This document shows positions 22,990 to 33,446 of a stretch of DNA of 64,000 nt, piece by piece. A program made the position numbers and the translations under genes. This stretch comes from Epithemia pelagica. Lineage: Eukaryota > Protista > Bacillariophyta. Within the stretch, counting starts at the first letter, position 1. Every line of letters begins with the position of its first letter. Below the pieces are notes generated by a model, which did no database searches, was not told the origin of the DNA, and was given only the letters and a program-made list of their open reading frames with translations. The stretch is taken from NCBI GenBank assembly GCA_946965045.2, contig OX337228.1:3162001-3226000 (forward strand). The letters run 5' to 3'.

Positions 22990-25606
22990 CTAAGAGTTAG
23001 AGACGACAGACATCGAATCGTTAGTTCCCGGAACCGGGATTGGAGCAAGAGCTGGCGAGTTCTGAAAGGTTGAGTTGGTGGACGGCAGACCAAAAACCGG
23101 AAAACCTGAGTTTGCTGTGTTTGATCCTTGAGATGGCGCCATAACACTGCCATCAATAGAAAGTTGGAGTTGCTGTTGTTGACTCATGAACAGAAAGTCA
23201 CGAGCGAGCATCACAGCAATATCCGATCTCTGTCTACCGTTAGCACTGTACGAGGAAAACGAATCAAGCATGGTTCTCACAATTTCGTGCTCCTCGCGTG
23301 ATTGGGACTGACGGAGAAGAAGTAAACGTAGCGACATAAATCCTGGTAGAAAAGGACCCCAGCTTGACTGAGCGTCCGACGGCATGAATTCCGCCAAGAT
23401 CGAGAGGACTTCATCGAGCCTTGGATCTCTCTTCGACTGAGTGGATAATCCAGCCACCGATGAGGATACCTCTGCCGGAGTTTCTGTAACTTCAGAAACC
23501 GACGATCCTGCATTCGGCCTGGTCCCTTCCTGTACTGCTCCTGATCCCTGCTCTGTTTTCTCTTGAGTGGCACCAGGTGTTGTCGTTGTCGCAGTCGAAG
23601 TAGTTGCCGATGAGCCCGCGTTAGTGGCTTGGACACTGGTCGATTCACTCTCGTCACCAATATCAACCACCAGCTTCCACTTCGGAGATGGCATAAGCTG
23701 CAACGAAAACTTAGTTAGAATTTTGGAAGCCATGAGAAAATGAATTGATCAGTTGGGACTTACCCTCGTGAATTCTTCTGAAAGACGCCCAACCAGCTCT
23801 TCATCTTTGGACCGATCTAGACATGAATAAAGAGTTACGACGATTCTACCGACGTTCGGGCTGGCAATGGGAATGCCAACAACCGTCTTCACTCCCCACT
23901 GCAATGCTCCGCCACATCTTTCGAAATGGTTGCTAGGGGCATTCTGTACGCTTTGTTCCCAAGTTGGACGACCGCTTTCGTAAACGCGTCCGGGAAGACC
24001 ACAACCGACATCGAACGAGAACTTTTGACTGTAGTCACCAAAAGTCATGAAGTTAAAGGTCTCTTCTGGAGAAATGGCTCTGCATTTGGAACCATCTTCT
24101 GGGACGACGCACTCCACAGTTGCGCTTCCAGCGTAGCACAAGCGGCAAACCGGATCCTGGTCACTGTTTCCACTGGGAACAAATGAAGGCACCCAGAGGT
24201 CTACATGCTCAAATGGAACATTGTGTCGCTGTATGTACGCAATCGCCTTGGAGAGGAACGGTGCCGAATGCAGGAGGCTGCTTTTCCCGTTCAGGTCCAC
24301 AGAATTATTGTTAGACTTCTCTTCGTTCAGAAAAGCTAGAATCTCATCCATCTCCCTGTCGTCACTTTCGGTATTCGTGAGAGCTGCACGTTCTTCTGCA
24401 ACTGTTTTCTCAATGAAAACACCCGAGTCAGGATTACGAGCATCCGTTCTGAGGGCAACACCCATCATCATCTTTCGTTTTGCCATACGTGCGGCATCTT
24501 TCGCCTTGGACGCCCTCCGGTCCATTTCCTCCACACTACTCAACCAGCTGTCTGCGTCGAGCGGTTGACCCAGGGAAGCACAAACGCGGCTGAATTGTTC
24601 ACGCCACTCTTTCTGCATGTGGAATTTAATCTCAGCGCGCTCCTGGAGATCTGTGATAGCTGTGAAAAAGGATTCCTCGAGCTCCGAAAATTGCCTGGCT
24701 TCTTCCACAGTGCCAAGACAACCCGTAGTTCGACGAAAACTTCTGCTCGAAAGCTTCGCGTTCTTCATCTTTTTCGTAAGACGAGACTGCTTCGACTTGA
24801 GCATGGCTCCAAGAAACTCGTTCAGCTTCACACCATCTAGTACAGGTAGCTCTCCGGTTCCAAATTTTGCGATCAGATTATCACAGAGAGTCATTTCCTC
24901 ATTTGTCCAGCGACCCGTGCGACGCTCCGATATGTAAGTTCCACTTTCTTCCATTTCCGACGGCGTCTTGCGCTTCCGTCCACGATTTTTGTCAGTGCCT
25001 GGTATAGCAGCGGGTCCTGCTTTGTGGGCATCATCGATCTCTCGAAATGACATGGGGAAAAGGACAAGGCCTTGGCATGCTTTCCCGCAGATAGTACAAG
25101 TTCTTAGAGGACCGGTAATGTCAAGTGGCAAACATCTCTGTCATAGAAGCATGAGTTATCGATAGTGTGTTAGAGATAAAGGGGGAACAGGCGGTATTTA
25201 TGCGAAAAAGCGAAACAGGCCGTACGATGGATCTTTAGCGACATCGACACCTTCCACCACACACTATAGTCTCATGTGCTATGACGTGAGAGAATGATCA
25301 AGGCAGTTCCGCTTTGGCAATGAGAAGAAGATCCTGTCCTTACTTGAGATGAAGGAAAACTAGCCGTACCACAATTGGGATCGGCATGCGTAGAATCTAC
25401 GTAGAACTCAGTACACGGCGTATCTTTCCGGAGGAGCCACTTACCGCATGGACTGTGCATCCACAACCGGAAACTCGAACATCACAGCCTCCAAAGCCGC
25501 ATTTGGCGCAACGAACGTATTCATCTCCGTCCATTGCCAACGAACTGAATGCGGCTTGGGGGATGTTGCCAAGCCCCAGGTCGAATGTCCCTAACGATGA
25601 CGCCAT
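22990..25606 (-). CDS. RING + Myb-like + NLP-type GAF protein, copy B; exons 25606-25445, 25137-23764, 23697-22990
   Basis: CAKCGFGGCDVRVSGCGCTVHA|RCLP...CTIC; RTGRWTNEE...KSKQSRLTKKMK; FSFDVGCGLPGRVYESG. GT-AG introns 25138-25444 and 23698-23763 keep the frame (EFTR|LMPSPKWKLVVD). The start could instead be ATG 25534. Confidence 0.8.
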
Positions 25607-25959
25607 GGCGAAAAGATGCCACTTGCCCACCAACCTCCAAGAATTTGTGGCCGGTGTGATAGAAGTTGGGCGAATCCACTTAGAAAAGCTCTCTAGCGCT
25701 CGTGAGTCAAAGATAGCTCTATCGCTAACCGTCCATATAACAGAAGAACCCTGGGAAATATGATGACAGTCGAAAGTGACTAGTTGGACCCGGACCCGGA
25801 AATGACGCATTCTTTTGAGTAGCTAGAGAGATAGTAGGAAAAAGCCCCGTACTATCTACTCTTATACTGGACGAGGATTGAGCTAGACAGTTCGAGAAGT
25901 TTTCATAGACCTATTGAACTTACTCAAGGATTCGGGATTTCGGAAGAAACTACGAATAT

Positions 25960-27268
25960 TCCCTCGGTATCAGTGTCCACTGCTTAGCTGTTTTTTGTCT
26001 GTGCCACCTTCACAGGTTCCCAAGTGGACACAGACAGCATTTTTCGTTTTTCGTCTGTCTGTCTAACCATTAAAATTCCTCAGGGTTGAAGCAAGGCCAG
26101 CGTGCAAGTGACAGTTGACGGTTGGTGGTTGTCCTCGCCGGGTCACCACGATTCAAATTTGGGATCATCTCGACACCTGTCACAAAAACCCAAAACCGAG
26201 CCAAACGCTTGACCATGACGTGGGTGAGTACTTATCTTGTTGTCTCTTTTCCCTTTTTCTCACGCATCACTACTGCAGCTGTCTTTCCTATTGTTCTTGC
26301 ATGATCCTTTACTTTTGTCTCATTTCGTACGAGTAGATGACAAGCCGCCAGATGTCAACTGGAATATCTTTTCCTTGCCGTAATTGTTTGTTGTTTGATT
26401 GTTTTTTGGCTACTGTCATAAGCTCTATAGGATAGATTATTCTCTCTCGTCTCTCATCATAGCATCATTTCTCAACGATGTTGTTTTTGCATCAAATAGA
26501 TGGGAAGCCATCTTGCCACACCCTACTGACCAATTATCATATCCTACCTAGGTAGTCGACACCGAGTGCTCAAAGTGAGCGGTACAAGCTTGTGAGAGCT
26601 GTTCTGTTGTGTTTTCAGAGCGAAACTGAGGGTCATCGTCGTGCTCACAACAAAGAACAAAGCTGCAACAAATTCACGAATTCACAAGGCTCAAAAGTCT
26701 CATGGATGACAAGCACTGGCGTTCTACTACTAGTAAATAAACAAAAGAATGTCTAGAGTATAGAGTTATGGCGCTCAGCAATCAAAGTTATGGCGCTCAG
26801 CCAAAACCAGTCATTTCTGTTCGACAAGAATGAACAATGAGAGTAATGAGCTGCCCAACGACTAAACAGATGAGTAGCGTCTCCCACGAGCAGAGCAAAC
26901 AAAAGTGGCAAGTGGCAGTGAGCATGAGTGATGTCATTGACAACATGGCAATTGGCAATGGATCAAGCTCACCTGGAAAGCCAGTAACATTCGTAAGCAG
27001 TAAGTACGATGTGCTTTGGCAAAAGAAAAGAGAATTGTGAGCTTGCCCCGAATTATGCAACAACCAACCGTCATCCACGCAGGGGACGCTTGCAGGGCTT
27101 GCGTCCGTTTCAAACGTCGAAAAATTCAGCTGGGCATGCGTGCCAATTTGCAATTTGATAATTTCTATTTGCATCAAAAGCGAAAAATGCTGTCTGTGTC
27201 CACTTGGGAACCTGTGAAGGTGGCACAGACAAAAAACAGCTTAAGCAGTGGACACTGACGCCGAGGGA
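25960..27268. mobile_element. Putative non-autonomous TIR element E1 (about 1.3 kb) with 87/88-bp terminal inverted repeats
   Basis: 25960-26046 is the reverse complement of 27181-27268 with 2 mismatches and 1 indel; no transposase ORF; no clear TSD. Confidence 0.6.
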
Positions 27269-27668
27269 TCATAAACGTACCAGAAAGAATTTCTGAGGCG
27301 CGTCATTAGTCATTAGACCGCTCTCCGCTCTGTTTACTTTTTTCTTTTTTCCAATCCCTCTGATTGCAGGGGTACCTCCCGTCTGTTCTCTATACGGCTA
27401 TTACCAAATTTTCGAAGAAAATCTAAAAACTATCTCAGTCAAATTTCTTCTGATTTTGCAAAAAAATATAACGTCCAAACCAACTGTAATAACTGGATTC
27501 GATGTAGCCGCTTCCGCACCTGCATGGGAACTTTGAGCAAAGAAATCTACGAGTCGGATTAGTACTCTGTAGTCTAAACTACCTCAGCAGCGAGTACTCT
27601 TCATGGTGCAGTGGCTCAAGCTTCACGGAACAATCGCAAATCGCACACCCCAACCATGAAATACAAAC

Positions 27669-28894
27669 ATTCGCCATTAAATCCCCTCCATTTTGGTGAG
27701 GCGGCCAGACCAAATTCGGTCGCGTGTCCTGGACACGTGCTTGGAAGAGCTTGCTCTCAAATGGGTGGCTTTGCCAGCTCTCCAACTGCCTGCAAGCGGC
27801 CCTGCGTGGATGACGGTTGGTTGTTTCATAATGTCGGACAAGCAACAAGCACATCCTTTTCTCTTGCCAAAGCACATCGGATTAATGGCATTCCAGGTGA
27901 GCTTGATCCATTGCGGATTGCCATGACAATTACATTGCTCATGCTCACTCACACTTGTCTCTTTTGCTTGCTCTGCTCATTGGACGAGCGTCTGCTCATC
28001 TGCTGTGTCTCTGGCTCAGCAGCTAATTACTTGCCATTGTTCATTTCTGTCGAAATGAGTCCATAACTTTCATTGCATTCATCCACAGACTATAAACCTT
28101 TTTTCTTTATTCACTAGAAATAGAACTCATGTGCTAGCCATCTATAGAGTTAAGTGCCTTCTGTATTCGTGTTGTACATCTGTTTTCTGTTTTGAGCACG
28201 TCAATGACCCTCAGTTCCACCATGAACATACGACAGAGCAGCTCTTACACGCATCTACAGCTACGAATTGAATCATTCGCTGTATGACTCTAGATCTAGG
28301 TGCTGATAATTGGAAAGTAGGGTGTGGAAGCAAAAACAACAACATGTTTGGTCGTTGAGAAATGATTGAGAATGATCTATCCTACAGAAGACATAAAAGT
28401 AACCAACCAGCCAACAATCAAACAACAAAAGAATTGCAACAAGGGGAAGGGGATAGATATTCCACTTGACCACAAGCAGCTTATACCGACTAGTCTACGC
28501 GTACAACATGAGACAAAACCAAAGGATTATGCATGAACCAAAGGAAAGATTGCAGCAGTGATGGTGATGAGTAAGAAGAAAGAAAAGGAGAGAAGAAGAT
28601 TAGAACTAAGCAGCAGTAGTTAGAAGTTAGAAGCGATTCCGCCCAGCATGATTCGTCCATGGTTCATACCTCATGTCATGTGCCTCGGTTTTGGGTTTTG
28701 TGAGAGACGAGGATTCGTCCTAAACAAGAAACCAAATCCGAGGAAGCTGGACGCAAGCCGACCTTGATGTAACGGTGTTGGCAATTAGAGATACTTAGAG
28801 CTAACTGGAGCAGTGGCGGGCGACATTGAAAAAAGGATAGGGTTGGGGATTTGTCTGGCCGCCTCACCAAAATGGAGGGGATTTAATGGCGAAT
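27669..28894. mobile_element. Putative non-autonomous TIR element E2 (about 1.2 kb), related to E1 and inverted relative to it, with perfect 42-bp IRs
   Basis: 27669-27710 is the exact reverse complement of 28853-28894; about 27787-28894 aligns in patches, in reverse, to about 26067-27097. Confidence 0.55.
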
Positions 28895-29892
28895 TTGATG
28901 CTTGGCAATGCACCTACCAACGAAAGCTCCTGGCACTTTGTCTATGGCTAAGATGAAGGCATAGTCCACATGCTCCTAATATCTTTCTACTCTTTTTAGT
29001 TAAGGCTTCCTGGGCTTCTCCATAGCAGGATGAAGCTGTCCTTCGTTTGACTTCGTCGTCCGAACTTCATTGCAGTGGTTGATTGTCATGTTCTCATCCT
29101 TCCTTTGATGCATGCCGCGTTGACTTGTGATCTAGGAGGATTCTTTTGGCCACAAAGTTGTCACTGTGGTCGGTCATCCGGCTGGATTGTTTTCTTTTGG
29201 TTTTTGGTGTGGCCATTGTGGTCTTTCATGGTGTTGCTCGAAAAGTGAGACGATTCATGCCACCAATAACCAATACGATTGGGGCGTGACCGACGTGACA
29301 GGCGCGTCGATTTGGAACGATTGAAGTCAGGCTGGCGTTTTGACACGGCTGGCGCTTTGGGAAAAAATACTACAGACAATTTTTTACTTTCGGATGACGG
29401 ACGAACAAAGGTACCCCCCCAATCACACCCTATTATCATATATCCCCATTCTACCACGAACCGCACTACGCACGCACCCCTAGCCCCTAGATTATCCCCT
29501 CTACCTCTCTAGAGGAGTATTTTGTTGTTGCTGGGAGTACGTGCTATATATATTGATACAATTCTCCTAGGTAGGTATGGCAATGAACATTCATCGCCTT
29601 TAGATCTGATAGAGCCAACTCTGATTGCCCTACGAGGACCACTCTTCATTCTCGTAGCTCCTACCAATACAAGAGTATCTTGCTGCTCGATACTAGCTAG
29701 GAGTATAGGAATAGGACGGGGGGATTCTCACAATTTTCTCTGAATCACCAGCATGGCTCGGGAAGACATCATAGCGTACCGACTCTGGACCCAATTTAGC
29801 CCACATGTTGCCCAGTATGCCTTATCCACAATTTCCGAGGTCCCTCCACTCTAGCTCCATGAGTTCGTTGCAAACTTGATGGTATGTGCTCT

Positions 29893-31764
29893 TTACACGA
29901 GAGATGTTGATCTCATGAGCTCCAAATCCATTGTATTCAAGTTGTGAGGTGTGACTGTCTTAGTATTCCTTCCTCGTATTTGTGTTAACATGGAACTAGG
30001 AGATACCAAGTCCCGAATGGCTGGATCTTCTGAATTCATGGCATGATTCATCAAACCAACTGTTGTTTCCAAGTGTTTTGTACTCTGGGTCATGGTTTTG
30101 ACAGGTCGGGACGTTTTGTTGTTAGATTTCGGTGTTCTGTTGTTGTGTCGTGGTGTCCCAGGTTGCCTCACACGCGGGGACCTTGGTGATCTGGCTGATC
30201 GTGGTGGTGTGGTGCTGTTGTTGCTGTATAACGCCGACGAAGGAGGGGCCGTTCGGACCGATGGAGACAGAGATGTACCGCTACTCGTGTGGCTTCTTGT
30301 AGAAGGAGAAGACGACCTGACGGCGGATACCGCCGTCGCCGTCGCCGTTGCAGCGGCTTGCTGTGCTTGCGATACAAGCTGCTTTTGCACTTCTAGTTGT
30401 TGTTTCAGCTCTCGAACTTCGTTTTCCAGATAGTTCTCCCGTTTTCGAGATTCGGCAATTGTCTCGTCTTGTTTGGACATGTACCGATCTTTACGCTCAT
30501 TGGCTTTCTCAAGCAAATCGACTGTCTGCGAGAGCATCCCCAACATACCCTCCAATGCCGATTGCGATGATTGAACTTCACCGTAGTCCCCCTGAGCTTG
30601 CGCCAACGCAGCTGCAAAGCTGGTCGCAAACAATAAGCTGTCGACGCAATTCACTTCTGAGTGTAACGAAACGCTGTGACCCAAATACTCATTCATGGCG
30701 CCATCGACGGCAAAATCGCTCCATCCGTACTCCTTGACCACAGTTTCCGCGCAGCGCCGGCACAGCCGTACAAGCGGATCCCACTTTGTCTTTGCATCTT
30801 CTGGTTTTAAAGACTTGATGATTGCGGTAAAGCCAATCGCAGCTTCAGGGGCAATGTATGGGACAAGCAGATTGTCGGTCAGCTCGAGCAATATAGCTGC
30901 AGTAACAATATTACGGTTTTTCTCAAGGTACCGGCAGACGACTTCACTCAGGAAGAAACTGGTGTTCTTATCGTCCTCCTTTATAGATTCAAAAGATCGT
31001 ACAAGGATACGGAATGTGGGATATGGTAGCTTTGTAAGGTCTTTTTTGTCGAGCTGTGTGAAATTGTCCAAACACAGTCGATTTGCAGATTGAAAGAGTC
31101 GTGCGTCCTGATACTCGTTGGCCGAAACAAGATATCTCAGGGCGTTCTCCACGTTTAAATCTTTTTGAATAAACCTCGTCACAGCCAGGGTAAGAGATTC
31201 CACTTCAAATATTCTTGCCAGATGACGAAGAGACACGGCATTCCCCGCATTGATTAGACCCTCCCCTGCTGCTGATTGATTTGACATATCGTCTGTTGAG
31301 GAAGTAAATGACATTGTTGAGTTGGCAGTGGCAATGGTGCCATTACTAGAAATACCAACATTGGATGTGGAGTACATAAAATCCAGCAAAACAGGAAAGT
31401 TGCGAACATCTCTCTGGTCAAGTTCGACCTTCGTTGAAGGCAGCATGTTCTTGTTGGATCTGTGATTTTGCTTGTCGATTGCCTTTGGAACAACCCTTCT
31501 GAAGAAACCACTGTTTCGACCTCCAAAACACAACACGCTTCGATGAACATGATGCGTATATGATTGGAGCTCATTGGTAACTACCACTATGGTGAAGTCG
31601 GCTAATGTTGCCGAAGGGTCGCCTCTCCATGTCAATCGCTTTGACCGGTCCGTATATGCGACTCCGTCACTCTCCATCATCTCGTCAAACGTCCCGGATG
31701 CTTGTATTGCAAGCGGTGATTCCATTCCATTGTGTTGACTCAGCTGATGTTTCTTCATTCTCAT
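29893..31764 (-). CDS. BTB/POZ (plus BACK-like) domain protein with coiled coil and Ser/Pro-rich tail
   Basis: DFTIVV...HHVHRSVL...FPVLLDFMY...AVSLRHLARIFEVESL...NALRYLVSA. Confidence 0.8.
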   Translation of the reverse strand: MRMKKHQLSQHNGMESPLAIQASGTFDEMMESDGVAYTDRSKRLTWRGDPSATLADFTIVVVTNELQSYTHHVHRSVLCFGGRNSGFFRRVVPKAIDKQNHRSNKNMLPSTKVELDQRDVRNFPVLLDFMYSTSNVGISSNGTIATANSTMSFTSSTDDMSNQSAAGEGLINAGNAVSLRHLARIFEVESLTLAVTRFIQKDLNVENALRYLVSANEYQDARLFQSANRLCLDNFTQLDKKDLTKLPYPTFRILVRSFESIKEDDKNTSFFLSEVVCRYLEKNRNIVTAAILLELTDNLLVPYIAPEAAIGFTAIIKSLKPEDAKTKWDPLVRLCRRCAETVVKEYGWSDFAVDGAMNEYLGHSVSLHSEVNCVDSLLFATSFAAALAQAQGDYGEVQSSQSALEGMLGMLSQTVDLLEKANERKDRYMSKQDETIAESRKRENYLENEVRELKQQLEVQKQLVSQAQQAAATATATAVSAVRSSSPSTRSHTSSGTSLSPSVRTAPPSSALYSNNSTTPPRSARSPRSPRVRQPGTPRHNNRTPKSNNKTSRPVKTMTQSTKHLETTVGLMNHAMNSEDPAIRDLVSPSSMLTQIRGRNTKTVTPHNLNTMDLELMRSTSLV

Positions 31765-32090
31765 GACATGGGATCCGATACCCGTCTTGATTTCATCGAT
31801 GCAGACGGTTCAAAAGAAGCGAAGGACCCGCACGATGAACGATTGTGAGCCCACCAAAGGATCGCTAAAAACTGAGCAATCCCCCGGCGCAAAAGAGAGA
31901 AAGGGCTTATATCATGATTCGGAAGAAAACAGTGGCATGCGCGAGAAATCCCGCACGGCCGGCTGAGGGAAGCATGTACTACTGACTGTAATGCGACCAA
32001 CAGCTGTCGCAGATTGGTCTTTCATTTTTTGGGGTTCCTATTTCTATTGATTGTGGCCTTCTGTCAAATGTCCAGAAAACAGAAGTGAAG

Positions 32091-33366
32091 ATGGCGAGTA
32101 CCATAGTGATTGCAAGCATTGCTCGCACACCAATTGGGAAGTTTTGTGGCTCGTTAAGTGGTCTGTTGGCTCCTGAACTGGGAGCTCACGCCATCAAAGG
32201 CGCATTGTCCAGTTTGCCAACGGATGTGAAGATTCGAGAAGCTTATCTCGGAAATGTGGTGTCCGCAGGCATTGGGCAAGCACCGGCTCGACAAGCTGTC
32301 AAGGGGGCTAAATTGCCGGATTCCACAATATGTACCACCGTTAACAAAGTTTGTGCATCAGGCATGAAAGCCACTACTTTGGCAGCCCAAACTCTTCAAT
32401 GCGCTGGCTCATCGTCCTCTGCCGGATTTGCCATGTTATCGGGAGGGATGGAGAGTATGTCAAACGTACCGCACTACTTGCCCAAGTCACGATCTGGAAC
32501 CACTCTTGGGCATGCCAAACTGCTTGACGGTGTCATTCACGACGGCTTGTGGGATGTGTATGGTGATCAGCACATGGGGATGTGCGGAGAGAAGTGTGCC
32601 TCTGATCACGGATTTAGACGAGAGGACCAAGATGCATTCGCGATGGAATCTTATAAACGCGCTCAAGCAGCCGTCGCAGGAGGATTCTTTACAGAAATCT
32701 CACCTATCACGATACCACCCAAACGGAAAGGTGGCGATCCTTTGTTGGTCGACAAGGATGACGAACCAGACTCGGTAAATCTGGACAAGTTGTCGAAATT
32801 GAGGCCCGCATTTGACCCTCTGAATGGAACCATTACAGCGGCCAATGCTAGCTCTCTCAACGATGGAGCGGCGGCGATGGTTTTAATGACCGAACAAGAT
32901 GCAATGGATTGGGGCGTTGCACCACTGGCACGAATTCGAGGCTTTGGCGACGCCGAGCAGGATCCAATTAATTTTCCGACATCTCCATCCTTGGCTGTAC
33001 CAGTTGCCCTTGAGCATGCTGGATTGGAGGCGTCTGATATTGAATATCATGAAATCAATGAGGCTTTCTCGGTGGTGGCACTGTACGTTCCAGATGATGC
33101 TCGTGATATGAACGAGAAGAAGCTCTCAATCTGACCACTTTTCTCTTTTGTGCAGAGCGAATATGCGTCTATTGGGGTTGGAACACGACCGAGTGAATGT
33201 TTTCGGTGGAGCTGTGGCCTTGGGACACCCCATAGGCATGAGTGGAGCGAGGATCATTGGAACACTACTTGCGGTATTACGAGCCAAAGATGCCACTTTC
33301 GGCTGTGCCAGTATCTGCAATGGAGGTGGCGGAGCGTCGGCAATTATCATTGAACGAATGAACTAG
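32091..33366 (+). CDS. ACAT: Acetyl-CoA C-acetyltransferase (thiolase II); exons 32091-33082 and 33156-33366
   Basis: NKVCASG, GGMESMS, NASSLNDGAAA, HEINEAFSVV, GGAVALGHPIGMSG, CNGGGG; 73-nt intron 33083-33155. Confidence 0.95.
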
Positions 33367-33446
33367 TAGAAGTGATCGATGCGAATACAAACAAGTCAAA
33401 TAGGTGGAGCATAATTTGTCCTGCATTAAGACGGTGTTTTGGTGTG

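Noticed and set aside
25960-28894. Idea that the retroelement's tyrosine recombinase inverts the IR-flanked cassettes
   Set aside because: No sequence shared between the cassettes' IRs and the retroelement flanks; nothing links them beyond co-location.
33083-33155. C/D-box-like words (ATGATGC...CTGA) in the thiolase intron
   Set aside because: Span of about 45 nt is too short for a snoRNA, the C box is imperfect, and CTGAC is the likely branch point.
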